64,000 nt of DNA from Eledone cirrhosa (lineage: Eukaryota). The stretch covers positions 10,106,001 to 10,170,000 of the forward strand of contig OZ024754.1 in assembly GCA_964016885.1 (NCBI GenBank), given 5' to 3'. Every line of letters begins with the position of its first letter. Within the stretch, counting starts at the first letter, position 1. Of this stretch, positions 13,162 through 26,920 are shown piece after piece. The notes under the pieces were generated by a model. That model was not told the DNA's origin, ran no database searches, and saw only the letters and a program-made list of their open reading frames with translations. Position numbers and translations under genes: made by a program.

Positions 13162-13922
13162 ATATATATATAAACACTCTACTTGCCTGCATTGAGTGCT
13201 ATCTGCGTAATGTTTGAATATATTCAACACACCGATATTTATAACACCTACTTCAGTGTACACACATTCCCACATGTTTCATTTTTTCTGAAATCCATCA
13301 GGACCCAATAAAATAAGTACCAGTAATACGAAACAGTCAATCCAATCAGATGTACCGTCTAATAAACATGTTCTTTGCATACTTCAGTGATCCCAAAGGC
13401 TTTGTCCTCCCATATAAAAATCAATTCCATATATATGTTCCAATAGAACATCACAATGTTAGAGATGGGAAACGAAATTAACACTTTTATTATATTTTGT
13501 AGCGTCTCACATCTCACAAGTGACACAAAATGAAATATCATTCGCCAATCAACATTGAACCTAGATCAATAATACTCTAGAGGTCAATACCTTATCCATA
13601 ATACATCTGTAACACCCTTTTTTTCTTCCTAGATTTTCAGATAAACACATTCAAAATATTATGTCAAACTTAATGGAAATATAGTGAAAAGCTATGAATA
13701 AATAACAATATGATAGTAACAAGCAATCAATGATGAAAATAGCAACTATAATTAAGAAAACTATCCAAGGGTACAGAGCAGTGCGTAGGCTGGAGATTGT
13801 GGCACACAAACTATCAGTATGTGTTTATTTTTAACAACTAAGAGATTTTTGCATATTTATAGAAATATGCTATCTTTCACATGGACACAGACATGTTTTT
13901 TTCAATTATAATGGTACAATAA

Positions 13923-14256
13923 TGGTTTCTACTAATGGCACAAGGCCAGCAATTACCCCCAGTGCATTACTGGTGCTTTATGTTATCGACTCCGAAAGGA
14001 TGAAAGGCAAAGTACACCTCGGCGCGATTTGAACTCAGACTGTAAAAGGCCATAACTCTATGCTGCTAAGCATGGCGTCTGACCCTCTACCGACACTGCC
14101 AACCCACTGCCCTGTATATAATGATAATAATAATTGTTTCTACTTTTGGCACAAGGCCACCAATTACTCAGTGTATTACTGGTACTTTATTTTATCAACC
14201 CCGTAAGGATGAAAGGCAAAGTTAACCTCGGCGGGATAATAATAATAATAATAATG
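13923..14256 (-). mobile_element. Tandem Nin-like SINE copies
   Basis: Same blocks as 3021-3350, separated by (AAT)n. Confidence 0.8.
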
Positions 14257-15018
14257 AGGTTATAATGGTACAATAATAAGAGATAGCAAACAATAGCAGA
14301 CTACTGTTGTTGTTGTTGTTGCTGCTTCAACTGCCGAAAACTAAGAGAATTACTAATTACTCAACTGTACAATACAGCTTAAGTTTCAGTAGAAGTATTG
14401 ATAGCTTTGAGTATTTCTTTATCTAAAACTGAACCACTAAATCTAAGTTAAAACATCTATTGATGGTGATATGGAATACTTGAGAGATACTGAAATACTT
14501 CAGTAGAATATTTGTAACTTTTAGTAGACTTAATCCTATTTATTTTTATCCTATGAGCATCAAAGGTACTGCACATTTTGTTTCTCAAAGAATTGATATG
14601 GAAAAATATGGAGGTTAATGTTATAAAAATAGTGCATGGTCTTTCTGAGTTGATAGAATGTTCTTGATGAACCAAACCAACAGGTTAGATTGCTTAGCAA
14701 TCACTTTACAATTTTACTAATACTAACTCTGACGTCATACATACACATACATCACACATGTACATACATCACACACACAAAGTGGACAATTTAATGATTA
14801 TTACTAGACATTAATATTAATAATTTATTAGTAGACATTAATATTAATAATTTTGTTAATGCATTTAAAAGAGGATAATCAGAACTTCCTCCTCTGATTC
14901 CCTGAAATGTTTCAGCCTTTAGACCTTATGTAGAAGAAAAATAGTTATTTGAAAAAGAAGCAACATAGTTACAAAACATTGGGAGCTTCCAATTGTAGTC
15001 CAACTATTTTATTATAGT

Positions 15019-15455
15019 TAACCCTTTAGTATTTAAACTGATCATATCCGCCAGAATTTTCTCACCTCTTTCTGTTCAAACTGGCCATATCCAGCCAGAA
15101 TTCTCTCACCTCTTTCTGTTCAAAGTGGCCATATCTGGCCAGAATTCTCTCACCCCTTTCTGTTCAAAGTGGCCATATCTGGCCAGAATTCTCTCACCTC
15201 TTTCTGTTCAAAGTGGCCATATCCAGCCAGAATTCTCTCACCTCTTTCTGTTCAAAGTGGCCATATCCAGCCAGAATTCTCTCACCTCTTTCTGTTCAAA
15301 CTGACCATAACCGGCTGCTCATATTTATGTTAAACTATTGTTATTATAATAAATAATATCAAAATCTCACAGATTCGATATTATGTGTGATATCTATGTA
15401 AAGTGAAGCCTTTAGAAATACAATAGTAAATATAGAGTAATGTAAATGCTAAAGA
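15019..15455. mobile_element. piggyBac-type MITE with internal 44-bp tandem array (about 6 copies)
   Basis: TTAACCCTTTAG start; GGCCATATCCAGCCAGAATTCTCTCACCTCTTTCTGTTCAAA(C/G)T at 44-bp period over about 15039-15310. Confidence 0.85.
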
Positions 15456-15574
15456 GACAAACATTATAAGTAACATCCATAAGAGGAAAATAAATAATAA
15501 AACATCTTCATAGTAAAGAAGAGCACAGATTGGGGGGGGGGGGGGGGGGGGGTTCAAAGGTTGAAGTGTCTATC

Positions 15575-15790
15575 TTAACCCTTTAGCATTTAAACCGTCG
15601 ACCATATCCGACCAGAATCCTCTCACCTCTTTCTGTTCAAACTGACTGAAACTGGCCGCTGATACTTATATTAAGGTATTGTTCTCAAAATAAATATCAA
15701 AATCTCATAGATTCTATATTATGTGAGATAAAGTGTTTACTGTGAAAATACAATAGTATATATAAATTGATATAAATGTTAAAGGGTTAA
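15575..15790. mobile_element. piggyBac-type MITE
   Basis: TTAACCCTTTAGCATTTA ... TAAATGTTAAAGGGTTAA. Confidence 0.85.
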
Positions 15791-15792
15791 AT

Positions 15793-16060
15793 AATTGTTT
15801 CTAGTACAGGCCAGCGCATTACTGGTACATTATTTTATCGACCCCGTAAGGATGAAAGGCAAAGCTAACCTCGGCAGGATATGAACTCAGAACATAAAGG
15901 GTTGTAACTCTATGCTGTAAAGCATGTTTTCTAACATTCTACCAATTCTGCCAATCCACCTCTATTTATTGATAATAATTGTTTCTACTTTAGGCACAAG
16001 GCCAGCAATTACCCAGTTCATTACTGGTACTTTATTTATTGATAATAATAATAATAATTT
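15793..16060 (-). mobile_element. Nin-like SINE plus truncated second copy
   Basis: Family blocks as above. Confidence 0.75.
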
Positions 16061-16182
16061 ATAGATTTAGCTAAGTCACAAGCAACTTTAAACACCAAAT
16101 CTTGAATATAGAGAATATTAGAAGCCAGAGTAATCCAACAATATAAATAAAAACAAATTAAATAACTCTGAATATACTATTT

Positions 16183-16247
<65 letters not shown>

Positions 16248-16535
16248 GATGGCTGCCCCCTCGTTATCGAGTATGGCCATTGCACGATATACCATTATTA
16301 ATAATTATTAATTAATTCTATCGTGCAATGCCTGTGTGTGAAGATTTTTTTTAAAGTGAGGAAAGACTGTGCACTGAGCCAATCCCACTCTCTGAGCGAC
16401 AGAAGCTATAACCCGAAAAGAAGAAAAGATCAACATCATCGGTAACTACTGAGTCGCAGGTTTTATATCGGAGTTATTCCAGTTTCCTGAGTTGTCTTCT
16501 CCTAGAAGAATGGCCTGACAAGGGCTAGGGGTTCT
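16248..16535 (-). mobile_element. Probable RTE-related 5'-UTR or SINE fragment between microsatellites
   Basis: GC-richer island; CTAGGAGAAG and GGGGGCAGCC blocks recalled from RTE 5' regions; inverted repeat CATTGCACGATA/TATCGTGCAATG. Confidence 0.4.
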
Positions 16536-16616
16536 TACATACACACACACATACATACATATATATATATATATATACATATACATTCATACACACACAT
16601 ATATATATATATTCAT

Positions 16617-16648
<32 letters not shown>

Positions 16649-16652
16649 TCAT

Positions 16653-16686
<34 letters not shown>

Positions 16687-16690
16687 TCAT

Positions 16691-16747
<57 letters not shown>

Positions 16748-16805
16748 TACATATATATATATACATACATACAGATATACATACATACATACATACATAC
16801 ATACA

Positions 16806-16841
<36 letters not shown>

Positions 16842-17830
16842 CATGCATGCAGATATATACATACATACATATATACATACCTACATATACATACATACAG
16901 ATATATACATACATACATACATATATATATACACACACATATATATATATATATATACATTTTCTTTTTCATCCTCCATTTTCTCCTTCTAACATTCATG
17001 ATTGACTGAAGCAAGTAAAGTAGAACAGAGTCTTGTAGAAGAGTTTTTGTAGTAAGGTGTTAATGCTGTTAGCAGTGAAGCACATTAAACCCCAAAGCCT
17101 CTAGGTTTCATACACTCTACATTTCCTGTGGATAAACTTAATATTTTGTATAAAGACTTGTGAGATATTGGTGCAACAGAGTTCCACTTGACAAACTATG
17201 AGAACATTTCAATAAAAAACAAAATGGAATTTACTCAAAAGCTGGAGCTAATCTAATCTATTATACATTACTTTACTAAAAATCGCATCAACAACTTTTC
17301 GGAGTAACTTAATATGTTCACAAAGATATATGTGAATATGAGATTAAGACAATGCATTTTTGCAAAAAATATTTATGTAAGTAATAATACAAGTATAGGA
17401 TTTCTCATTTATACAGGATCTAAGTTAAATTTCTGGTTGAAAAAAGCTATAAGTCTTAATGACTGAATGATGTAAAGTTAACAAAAATCATTCACAGGAA
17501 ACTAATAAATGAGAATTTTGTAGTAAAAACGTACTGTTGTGTGGCTGAGTGAGTGGGTGGCAGTAATTCTAGCGTTAGTAAGACAATAGATCACCATAAC
17601 AATAGATCAGCCTGAAAACTCATTATCTTTAGCAGAAGGAGCTTAAAGAGGAAACTTCTCCATAAAAACAAAGAAAGTTAAATAAATGAACAAAACCCCT
17701 CCTAATAATGAGTGTTTAAAGGTTATAGAAAAATCATAAAAAGCTCTATTAATCTACTTCCAACCCCCAAGACTGCTTTTGGTTCGTCTGTTACATTAAA
17801 CCAACCATTTTGAAGTGTTTATATTTAAGT

Positions 17831-18369
17831 TTAACCTTTTAGCATTTAAACTGGCCAGAATTCTCTCACCTCTTCTGTTCAAACTGGCCGTAACTGGCCA
17901 CTCATATTAATGTTAAGGTATTGTTCACAAAATAAATACTATCAAAATCTCATAGATTCGATATTAAGTGAGAGAATTATGTCAGGTAAAGCCTTTACCA
18001 CAAAAATACAATAAACCCCCATCCACACCGCCCCTTTCAATGTAAAGTTATGTTGGTACCACAACACCCAGGCCGAAACAAATGGGATCGTGTCGGTGTC
18101 ACGACAAAAAAAAACACACAGTCCACGCTGTAATGTGGCCGTGTAGGTAACACGGTAAAAACCTCCCAGTCCCACACTGTAAATGTGGTTGGTGTTAGGA
18201 AGGGCATCCAGCTGTAGAAAACCCGCCAGACAGTCCTATGCGAGCAAGACAACCACTCTTGCCTCAAGTGGGAAAACTCCCGTCCAAACCCATGCAAGCG
18301 TGGAACATGGACGTTAAACGATGATGATGATGATGATGATGAGAGTAATGTAAATGCTAAAGGGTTAAA
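17831..18369. mobile_element. MITE interrupted by a (GAT)n-tailed SINE (about 18015-18340, +)
   Basis: MITE left part ends AATACAATA; right end GAGTAATGTAAATGCTAAAGGGTTAA resumes after (GAT)n. Confidence 0.8.
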
Positions 18370-19360
18370 GTTTGATCTTCTGTGTATATAGCTATTGTAT
18401 GTGGATGTCAAGATGATACAATAGTGTAAAAAGAGGATTTTTTTTTTGTTGAAAAACCAAACATTTCTAAAGTAAAATTGTGAGATGATGTGTGAAAGTG
18501 CACTAGTCACACCTTTCACAAGTTTAAAAATAAGAAATCAACTAAACTTGAAATCAATTTAAAAAATTAAAGGGTGTATAGATAATTCCAAGTGGGAAAA
18601 AAAATAGTAGCGTTTTATATACCATAGATTAGGGTGAAAAGGAAGATGAAATATAATTGATTGAAGTTCTTTACTCATTAAATTACATTAATTAAGTTTG
18701 TTAATGAATGAAAAGAATATTCTAGATTGGAGTTTAAAAGAGATGGATGGGTGGGGGTTGTGTGGGGGTTGGGTGGGGTAAAGGAACAAGACTGTGTTTA
18801 GTTCATTTTGGATTAAAATCACCACACATACATGCATACACACACACTAACACATGCACACACACACTAACACATGCACACACACACAAACACATACACT
18901 AACACATGCACACACACACACACTAACACATGTAGATACATACACATATTATCTTGCAAGGAAACAATTCCTTTTCAGTTTTTATCCAAGACGTGATAAA
19001 TGTAAGGTTGTTGAAAACAATATATAAATTTAAAAAAAAACTGTTATGTAGATAAATACTGAAGTGTCTTTTTTTGTTGATTCACTTTCATTTTAAGAAA
19101 GAAAGTGGAGAGAGAATCTTCCTTCCTAACCAAAAACATGACTTTATGTATATAAATATGCAATCGCCCCCCCCCCCCAAATCCACCACCAACTACAAAA
19201 AACACGTATACACATATATATATATGTCATATATACATATATATATATTATATATAATATATATATAATATATAATATATAATATATATATAATATATAA
19301 ATGAAAGGTATAGAAAGTATTGTAGCAAGAAGCCAACAGTATTCCATATATATGTAATAT

Positions 19361-19391
<31 letters not shown>

Positions 19392-19604
19392 TAATATATA
19401 TATGTATATAATCATCAAATTTTTCTCCCTTTCTTTTCTGTCAAGTTGGAAATATGGTAGACAGATATAAAAGAGATTTCAAAATTAACCTTATGTCTGT
19501 GCAATGAAGAAGTGTTATCAAGTCAGAAGATTTACTTGTGAAAGATAAGACTTTTTTTTACTTCAGCAACTCTTACTTTTCATTATATGTGAAAGAAGAA
19601 GACG

Positions 19605-20405
19605 AGATGGTAGAATGTCAGAATTGTTCTTTATGTTCGGAGTTAAATTCCTGATGAGGTCAATTTTGCCCTCCATCTTTTTGAGGTTAATAAAATAAAG
19701 TACCAGATAAAAAGCTAACCTCAACGGGATTTAAATTCGGAACGTAAAGGGACGAAACACTATGTCACAAAAGCATGTTGTCTGGCGCTCTACCAATACT
19801 GCTGTTCCACCACCCAAAATGGTTTCTGATTTAGGCACAAGGCCGGCAATTTTGGGGGAGGGGAAAAAAAAATCAATTAAATCGACCCCAGTACATTACT
19901 GGTACTTTATGTTATCGACCCCGTAAGGATGAAAGGCCAAGCTAACCTCGGCGGGATTTAAACACAGAACGTAAGGGGACGTAACTCCATGCTGCATAGC
20001 ATGTTGTCTGACTATACTGATACTGCCATTTCCACCACCCAAATTCAATATAAATAATAATAATAATTGTTTCTACTTTAGGCACAAGGCCAGCAATTAC
20101 CCCGTGCATTACTGGTACTTTATTTTATCGACCCCGTAAGGATGAAAGGCAAAGTCAACCTCGGCGGGATTAATAATAATAATTGTTTCTACTTTAGGCA
20201 CAAGGCCAGCAATTTGAAGGGGAAGGGGAAAGTCAATTAAATCGACCCCCAGTACATTACTGGTGCTTTATTTATCAACTCTGTAAGGATGAAAGGCAAA
20301 GTAAACCTTGGCAGGATTTGAACCCAGAACGTAAAGGGCCATAACTTTATGCTGCATAGCATGTTGACTGATACTCTACCAATACTGCCATTCCACCACC
20401 CAAAT
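19605..20405 (-). mobile_element. Pile-up of 4-5 Nin-like SINE copies
   Basis: Repeated GGCACAAGGCC...GGATGAAAGGC blocks head-to-tail; first fragment is on +. Confidence 0.8.
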
Positions 20406-20642
20406 TCAATATAAATAATAATACTCATAATAGATCAATGAAACGGGCAATATTGAACTGCTTTCCTGCTTCACTTTCTCTCTAGCAAACTATAGAAGCT
20501 TCCATTGTGAATCTCTATTGAAAAAACTCTTCTGTTTTGGGAAGAAAAAAAAACAACAAAAATAAAATACATAAACTAAAAAAAATGTGTGTGCATGTGC
20601 ATACAACCCTCCCCCAAAACATGCATGCATGCATGCATATAA

Positions 20643-20687
<45 letters not shown>

Positions 20688-20824
20688 TGTGTATAAATAT
20701 ATATATATATACATATATGCATGTGTATATACATAAATATATATATGCATGTGTATATATATAAATATATACACACACACATATGCATGCCTATATATAC
20801 ATACAGAGAGAGAGAGAGAGAGAG

Positions 20825-21008
20825 AGATGAGATTCTACAGGACTAGAACTGTTTCATTCTTTAGAAATCATCAGAGATTCCTGATGATTTCTAAAGAATG
20901 AAACAGTTCTAGTCCTGTAGAATCTCATCTATATTAAAACTGTTATACTCTGCTATGTATTGAGTACCTTACTTACTGTGGTTACCTCCGATTCAACCCG
21001 GAATAACG
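20825..21008 (+). mobile_element. Fold-back HHR element: 50-bp perfect arms, about 78-nt tail, then (TA)n
   Basis: Arms 20825-20874 and 20881-20930. Confidence 0.8.
20874..20926 (+). ncRNA. Type I hammerhead ribozyme
   Basis: Stem I GAGATTC/GAATCTC, CTGATGA (20881), stem II TTTCTAAAGAAT, GAAA (20900), stem III ACAG/CTGT, GUA cut after 20919. Confidence 0.85.
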
Positions 21009-21062
21009 TATATATATATATATATGCATGTATGTATGTATGTATATATATATATGCATGTA

Positions 21063-21115
<53 letters not shown>

Positions 21116-21120
<5 letters not shown>

Positions 21121-21324
21121 GAAGGAAATGTGGTAAGGAACCAGATGGACCATAACGCACCAAAGTACTCAATACTTAGGGTAGTAGAGTGGGTGATAGG
21201 AATGTGTAGGACCCCGACGGCTGAGCTCAAGCCGTTTCGACGGCTAATTCCGGACTAAAATTTAGTCCAGAATTAGCCGTCGAAACAGCTTGAGCTCAGC
21301 CGTCGGGGTCCTACTCGTTCCTAT
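21116..21324 (-). mobile_element. Fold-back element, same family as 40.1 and 51.0 kb (HHR 3' half only)
   Basis: Palindrome about 21196-21324 centred near 21260; tail 21116-21195; (TA)n on both sides. Confidence 0.8.
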
Positions 21325-21378
21325 AGATATATATATATATATAGATATATATATATATATAGATATATATATATATAT

Positions 21379-21427
<49 letters not shown>

Positions 21428-22119
21428 TATATATATATATAGAGATATATATATCATACATGACAGAGGAAAAAGGCAGATTTCTATAACTCTACATGAC
21501 TCACAGAGAGGAGAACAGAGAAAATACTAATTAGATATGGTAGGAAGATGTTAATCCAATTACTTAGAAACAACTAAAGCCAGTTATCAGATCAACTACA
21601 CCCTCACCCCCAACACCACCATCATCATCATCACCATCTTGTACATTATTACTTAAAATAGAAATGGAGAGGAGAAGAAGGAAGAATTTGTAAGAGGGTG
21701 AGTGAGAGAAAGAGAAAAAAATTTATTAAATTAACAATTAAAATTGTCTCTCTGCAACTAATATTATTTCCTATAATACCTAACACCCAGTTTCTATCCT
21801 GATTTTCATACAAGTTGTCGCTGCCAAGTTGAAATATAACCAAAAGAAGCTTAAAAGAAAAATATATGCTGCAAATTTTATGTCACAACATAACAAAATA
21901 TCAAAGAATTGGTTGCTGCTGTTGTTGTTGGAGTTTTAATGTGTTTGTTTGTTGGGTTTTCAATGGTGAAACTTTAGTGCTGAGTGGTGGGAGTGAATGG
22001 AAATATCAGGTTGTTGTAAATTTATAAATGGAAGCTGAGTATATGATGTGGATATGAGGGAGGGGGATGGGGGGGGGGTAGAAGGCAGAGGTTGATAGCT
22101 GAGTATATCATGTGGGTGG

Positions 22120-22650
22120 TAGAGAGAGAAAGAGGTAGGGTGAGAGAGAGATGGGGGAGGGGAGAGAGAGAGGAGAGAAAGAAATAATATAGAAGAGAGT
22201 GGGGAGAGAGAGAGGAGAGAGGGATAGAATGCAGAGATTGAGAGCTGAGTATATGAGAGAGAGTGACAGGAGAGAAAGGAGAGAGAGTGACAGGAGAGAA
22301 AGGAGAGAGAGACAGGTGAGAAAGGAGAGAGAGAGAGACAGGAGAGAAAGAGAGGAGAGACAGGAGAGAGAGAGACAGGAGAGAAAGGAGAGAGAGAGAG
22401 ACAGGAGAGAAAGAGAGGAGAGACAGGAGAGAGAGAGACAGGAGAGAAAGGAGAGAGAGAGACAGGAGAGAAAGGAGAGAGAGAGACAGGAGAGAAAGGA
22501 GAGAGAGAGACAGGAGAGAAAGGAGAGAGAGAGAGAGGAGAGAAAGGAGAGGAGAGAGAGGAGAGAAAGGAGAGGAGAGAGAGGAGAGAAAAAAGAGAGA
22601 GGAGAGAGAGGAGAGAAAGAAGAGAGAGGAGAGAGAGGGTAGGAGGGATA
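22120..22650. repeat. GA-rich compound repeat
   Basis: GAGACAGGAGAGAAAG units within (GA)n. Confidence 0.9.
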
Positions 22651-22767
22651 GAAGGCAGAGGTTGATCTCATCAAAACCAACGCCTCAAACAGCATTACGA
22701 AACTGGATATAAAAGCATAAATAATGCCTAGCAGGAAACTGTAGTTATAAACATCAAATATATTATG

Positions 22768-23310
22768 TATGGAATAAGGGGGTAACTGTATATAAATGGA
22801 ATAAGGGGGTAACTGTATATAAATGGAATAAGGGGGTAACTGTATATAAATGGAATAAGGGGGTAACTGTATATAAATGGAATAAGGGGGTAACTGTATA
22901 TAAATGGAATAAGGGGGTAACTGTATATAAATGGAATAAGGGGGTAACTGTATATAAATGGAATAAGGGGGTAACTGTATATAAATGGAATAAGGGGGTA
23001 ACTGTATATAAAGGAATAAGGGGGTAACTGTATATAAATGGAATAAGGGGGTAACTGTATATAAATGGAATAAGGGGGTAACTGTATATAAAGGAATAAG
23101 GGGGTAACTGTATATAAATGGAATAAGGGGGTAACTGTATATAAATGGAATAAGGGGGTAACTGTATATAAATGGAATAAGGGGGTAACTGTATATAAAT
23201 GGAATAAGGGGGTAACTGTATATAAATGGAATAAGGGGGTAACTGTATATAAATGGAATAAGGGGGTAACTGTATATAAATGGAATAAGGGGGTAACTGT
23301 ATATAAATGG
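22768..23310. repeat. 27-bp minisatellite, about 20 copies
   Basis: GGAATAAGGGGGTAACTGTATATAAAT. Confidence 0.95.
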
Positions 23311-23393
23311 AAGCACCAAACACTACCCTGGAAGTAGCATTAGCAGAGGAGAAGATACAGCTTCTTTTAATGATTGGAGATGGATGAGAGCTC

Positions 23394-24040
23394 CACCACT
23401 GCCAACATCATAGTAATAACACCACTGCCACCACCACCACCACCAATAGCACTACCATCATCAACAGTAACATCACCACTGCCACCACCACCACCACCAC
23501 CATCAGTAATACCACAACCACCACCACCACCACCACCACCACTAACATCACTAGCAGGAACACCACCACCATCACCACCACTAGTAATATCACCACCCCC
23601 ACCACCAACAGTAACACCACCATCACCACCACCACCACCACCACCAGTAATACCAACACCACCAACAGTAACAGCACCACCAACACCACTGCCACCACCA
23701 CCAGTAATACCAACACCACCAACACCACCACCACCAACAGTAACAGCAACAGCAACAGTACCACCACCACTGCCACCATCACCACCACCAACAGTAATAC
23801 CAACACCACTAACACCACCACCACCACTGCCACCATCACCAACAGTAACAGTACCACCACCACTGCCACCACCACCAACAGTAATACCAACACCACCAAC
23901 AGTAACAGCACCACCACCACCACTGCCACCACCACTGCCACCACCACCAGTAATACCAACACCACCACCAACAACACCACCACTGCCACCACCACCAACA
24001 GTAATACCACCAAAGCCACCAACACCACCACCAACAGTAT
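23394..24040. repeat. (CCA)n-derived degenerate triplet repeat
   Basis: CCA/ACA/GTA triplets; open in several frames on both strands. Confidence 0.9.
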
Positions 24041-24244
24041 GCACTACTAACATTGCCATCCACATTATCTTGTGGTGATTTGCTAAAGTAGTTTGTAAAA
24101 GATCTATTGAAAACATAAAATGGCAGAAGCCAAATAAGCAAATAAGTGTGTCATGTGGTAATGTTGGTTTTGTGACAGATGTGACAGATGACAGATGAGA
24201 GAGAGAGAGAGTCATCTGTAATATTCTAGAGAGAGTCAGCTGCC

Positions 24245-24780
24245 ATATTGAGAGAGAAGAAAGTCAGCTGCAATACAGAGGAGAGTTGGCTGTAATATTG
24301 AGAGAGTGAGAGAGAGAGGGGGGGGGAGAGTTGGCTGTAATACAGAGGAGAGTTGGCTGTAATATTGAGAGAGAGAGAGAGAGGGGGGGGGGGAGAGTTG
24401 GCTGTAATACAGAGGAGAGTTGGCTGTAATATTGAGAGAGAGAGAGGGGGGGGGAGAGAGTTGGCTGTAATACTGAGAGAGAGTTGGCTGTAATACTGAG
24501 AGAGAGTTGGCTGTAATACTGAGAGAGTGAGTGAGAGAGAGGGGGAAGAGAGTTGGCTGTAATACTGAGAGAGAGTTGGCTGTAATACTGAGAGAGTGAG
24601 TGAGAGAGAGAGAGAGAGAGTTGGCTGTAATACTGAAAGAGAGAGAGAGTTGGCTGTAATACTGAGAGAGAGAGAGAGTTGGCTGTAATACTGAAAGAGA
24701 GAGAGAGTTGGCTGTAATATTGTAGAGAGAGAGAGAGAGAGAGAGAGTCAGTGCAATACTGAGAGAGAGTTGGCAGCCAT
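24245..24780. repeat. GAGAGTTGGCTGTAATACT minisatellite with variable (GA)n linkers
   Basis: Constant core repeated between GA runs. Confidence 0.9.
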
Positions 24781-24899
24781 GTTGTAGAGAGAAGCTCATC
24801 ATATATGATGGCAAATAAACAGAAAGTTGAGCTGTTATTTCAACTGATATTTAAAGTACAGAGACTTGAGTTGACAGTAGTGAGAGGGGGAGGTAAGGT

Positions 24900-25530
24900 A
24901 ATGTCACTGTACATATACACACATACATATACATACCATCATATATACACACACATACATACACACATACATATACATACCATCATACATACACACACAG
25001 ATATACACACATACATATACATACCATCATACATACACACACACATACATACATTTAAATACATACCATCATACATACACACACAGAAGCACATACATAC
25101 ATATACATACCATCATACATACATACACACATACATATACCATCATACATACACACACACATACACATATAAATACATGCCATCATAAATACATACACAC
25201 ACATATAGATATATATACACACACACAGAGATACATACACATACATATACATACCATCATACATACACACATACATATAAATACATACCATCATACATAC
25301 ATACACACACAGAAACACACACATACATATAAATACATACCATCATACATACATACACATATATAGATATATATACACACACACACATAGATACATACAC
25401 ATACACATACATACACAGATACATACACATAGTAAGGTACAATGTCACTGTATATATACACACATACATATACATACCATCATACATACACACACAGAAA
25501 CATACACACATACATATAAATACATACCAT

Positions 25531-25564
<34 letters not shown>

Positions 25565-26360
25565 GATACATACACACTTACATATAAATACATACCATCA
25601 TACATACATACACATATATAGATATATATACACACACACACATAGATACATACACATACACATACATACAATCATACATACACAGATACATACACATAGT
25701 AAGGTACAATGTCACTGTATATATACACACATACATATACATACCATCATACATACACACACAGAAACATACACACATACATATAAATACATACCATCAT
25801 ACATACACATACACAAACATACAATCATATATACACAGATACATACACATAGTAAGGTACAATGTCACTGTATATATACACACATACATATACATACCAT
25901 CATACATACACACACAGAAACATACACACATACATATAAATACATACCATCATACATACATACACACACAGATATATATACACACACACAGAAACACAGA
26001 TACATACACATACAATCATACATACCCAGATACATACACACACACAGAAAAATACATACCATCATACATACACACACACACACATAGATACATACACATA
26101 CATATACATACAATCATACATACACAGATACATACACACACAGATACATACACATACATACGATCATACATACATACACACACGCATATAGATACATACA
26201 CACACGCATATAGATACATACACACATACATATACATACATACATACATACGATCATTCATACATACACACACACATAGATAGTTACACACATACATATA
26301 CATACACACACATATAGATACATACACACATATACATACATACCATCATATATACACATG
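24900..26360. repeat. CA/TA compound satellite with higher-order block
   Basis: ATACCATCATACATAC units; GTAAGGTACAATGTCACTGTA block recurs at about 24893, 25432, 25699, 25852. Confidence 0.85.
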
Positions 26361-26532
26361 GGAACACATATTTAACACTCATTTATTAACAGTGTGTCCC
26401 CCAAAAATGTATACACACATTTATTAGAATGTTGTTGAAGTCTGTATATAGTTTTGGGGAACACCCTGTGTGTGTACCGGTGTGTGAGTGTATATAGAGA
26501 CGGGCGGGGTAGATAGATAGATAGATAGATAG

Positions 26533-26884
26533 ATTTCTTTATTAGCCACAAGGGCACAACAAGAAAGGGGACAATACAAAGACATGCCGGGGATTTTACA
26601 TACAGTCGTGTAAAAAATATAAAAACAAACAATTTCAACAATCGAAATCCCCAATAGGGGGGAGGCGCCACAAATGGGTTGTTTAATACCCCGTCGATAG
26701 AACAACCCTCAACTCAAGGAGCGTGTTGTGCAAGTGCTCCTTTCTTCCTTTTGCTCTCTTCCTCAACCTACAGGCTTATAAACAGAGAAGGCCCAATCAC
26801 TCGGGCCATTTTCGCTTCATTCACCCACCTTTCAGTAAATTTACTGGGGTGCAGTGCCTCTCTCTCCACCCTGATTCTCCTTCT

Positions 26885-26885
<1 letters not shown>
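26533..26885 (-). mobile_element. 5'-truncated Tx1/L1-clade LINE 3' end within (CTAT)n
   Basis: Minus strand RRRIRVEREALHPSKFTERWVNEAKMAR matches the 46.5 kb copy; shared 3' UTR; (GATA)n on both flanks. Confidence 0.85.

Positions 26886-26920
<35 letters not shown>

Noticed and set aside
22108-23323. 403-aa and 186-aa ORFs
   Set aside because: Read-through of the 27-bp minisatellite and GA repeats
23367-24215. Proline-rich or glycine-rich protein gene (234-282 aa ORFs)
   Set aside because: Degenerate CCA triplet repeat open in several frames on both strands; no splice or domain support
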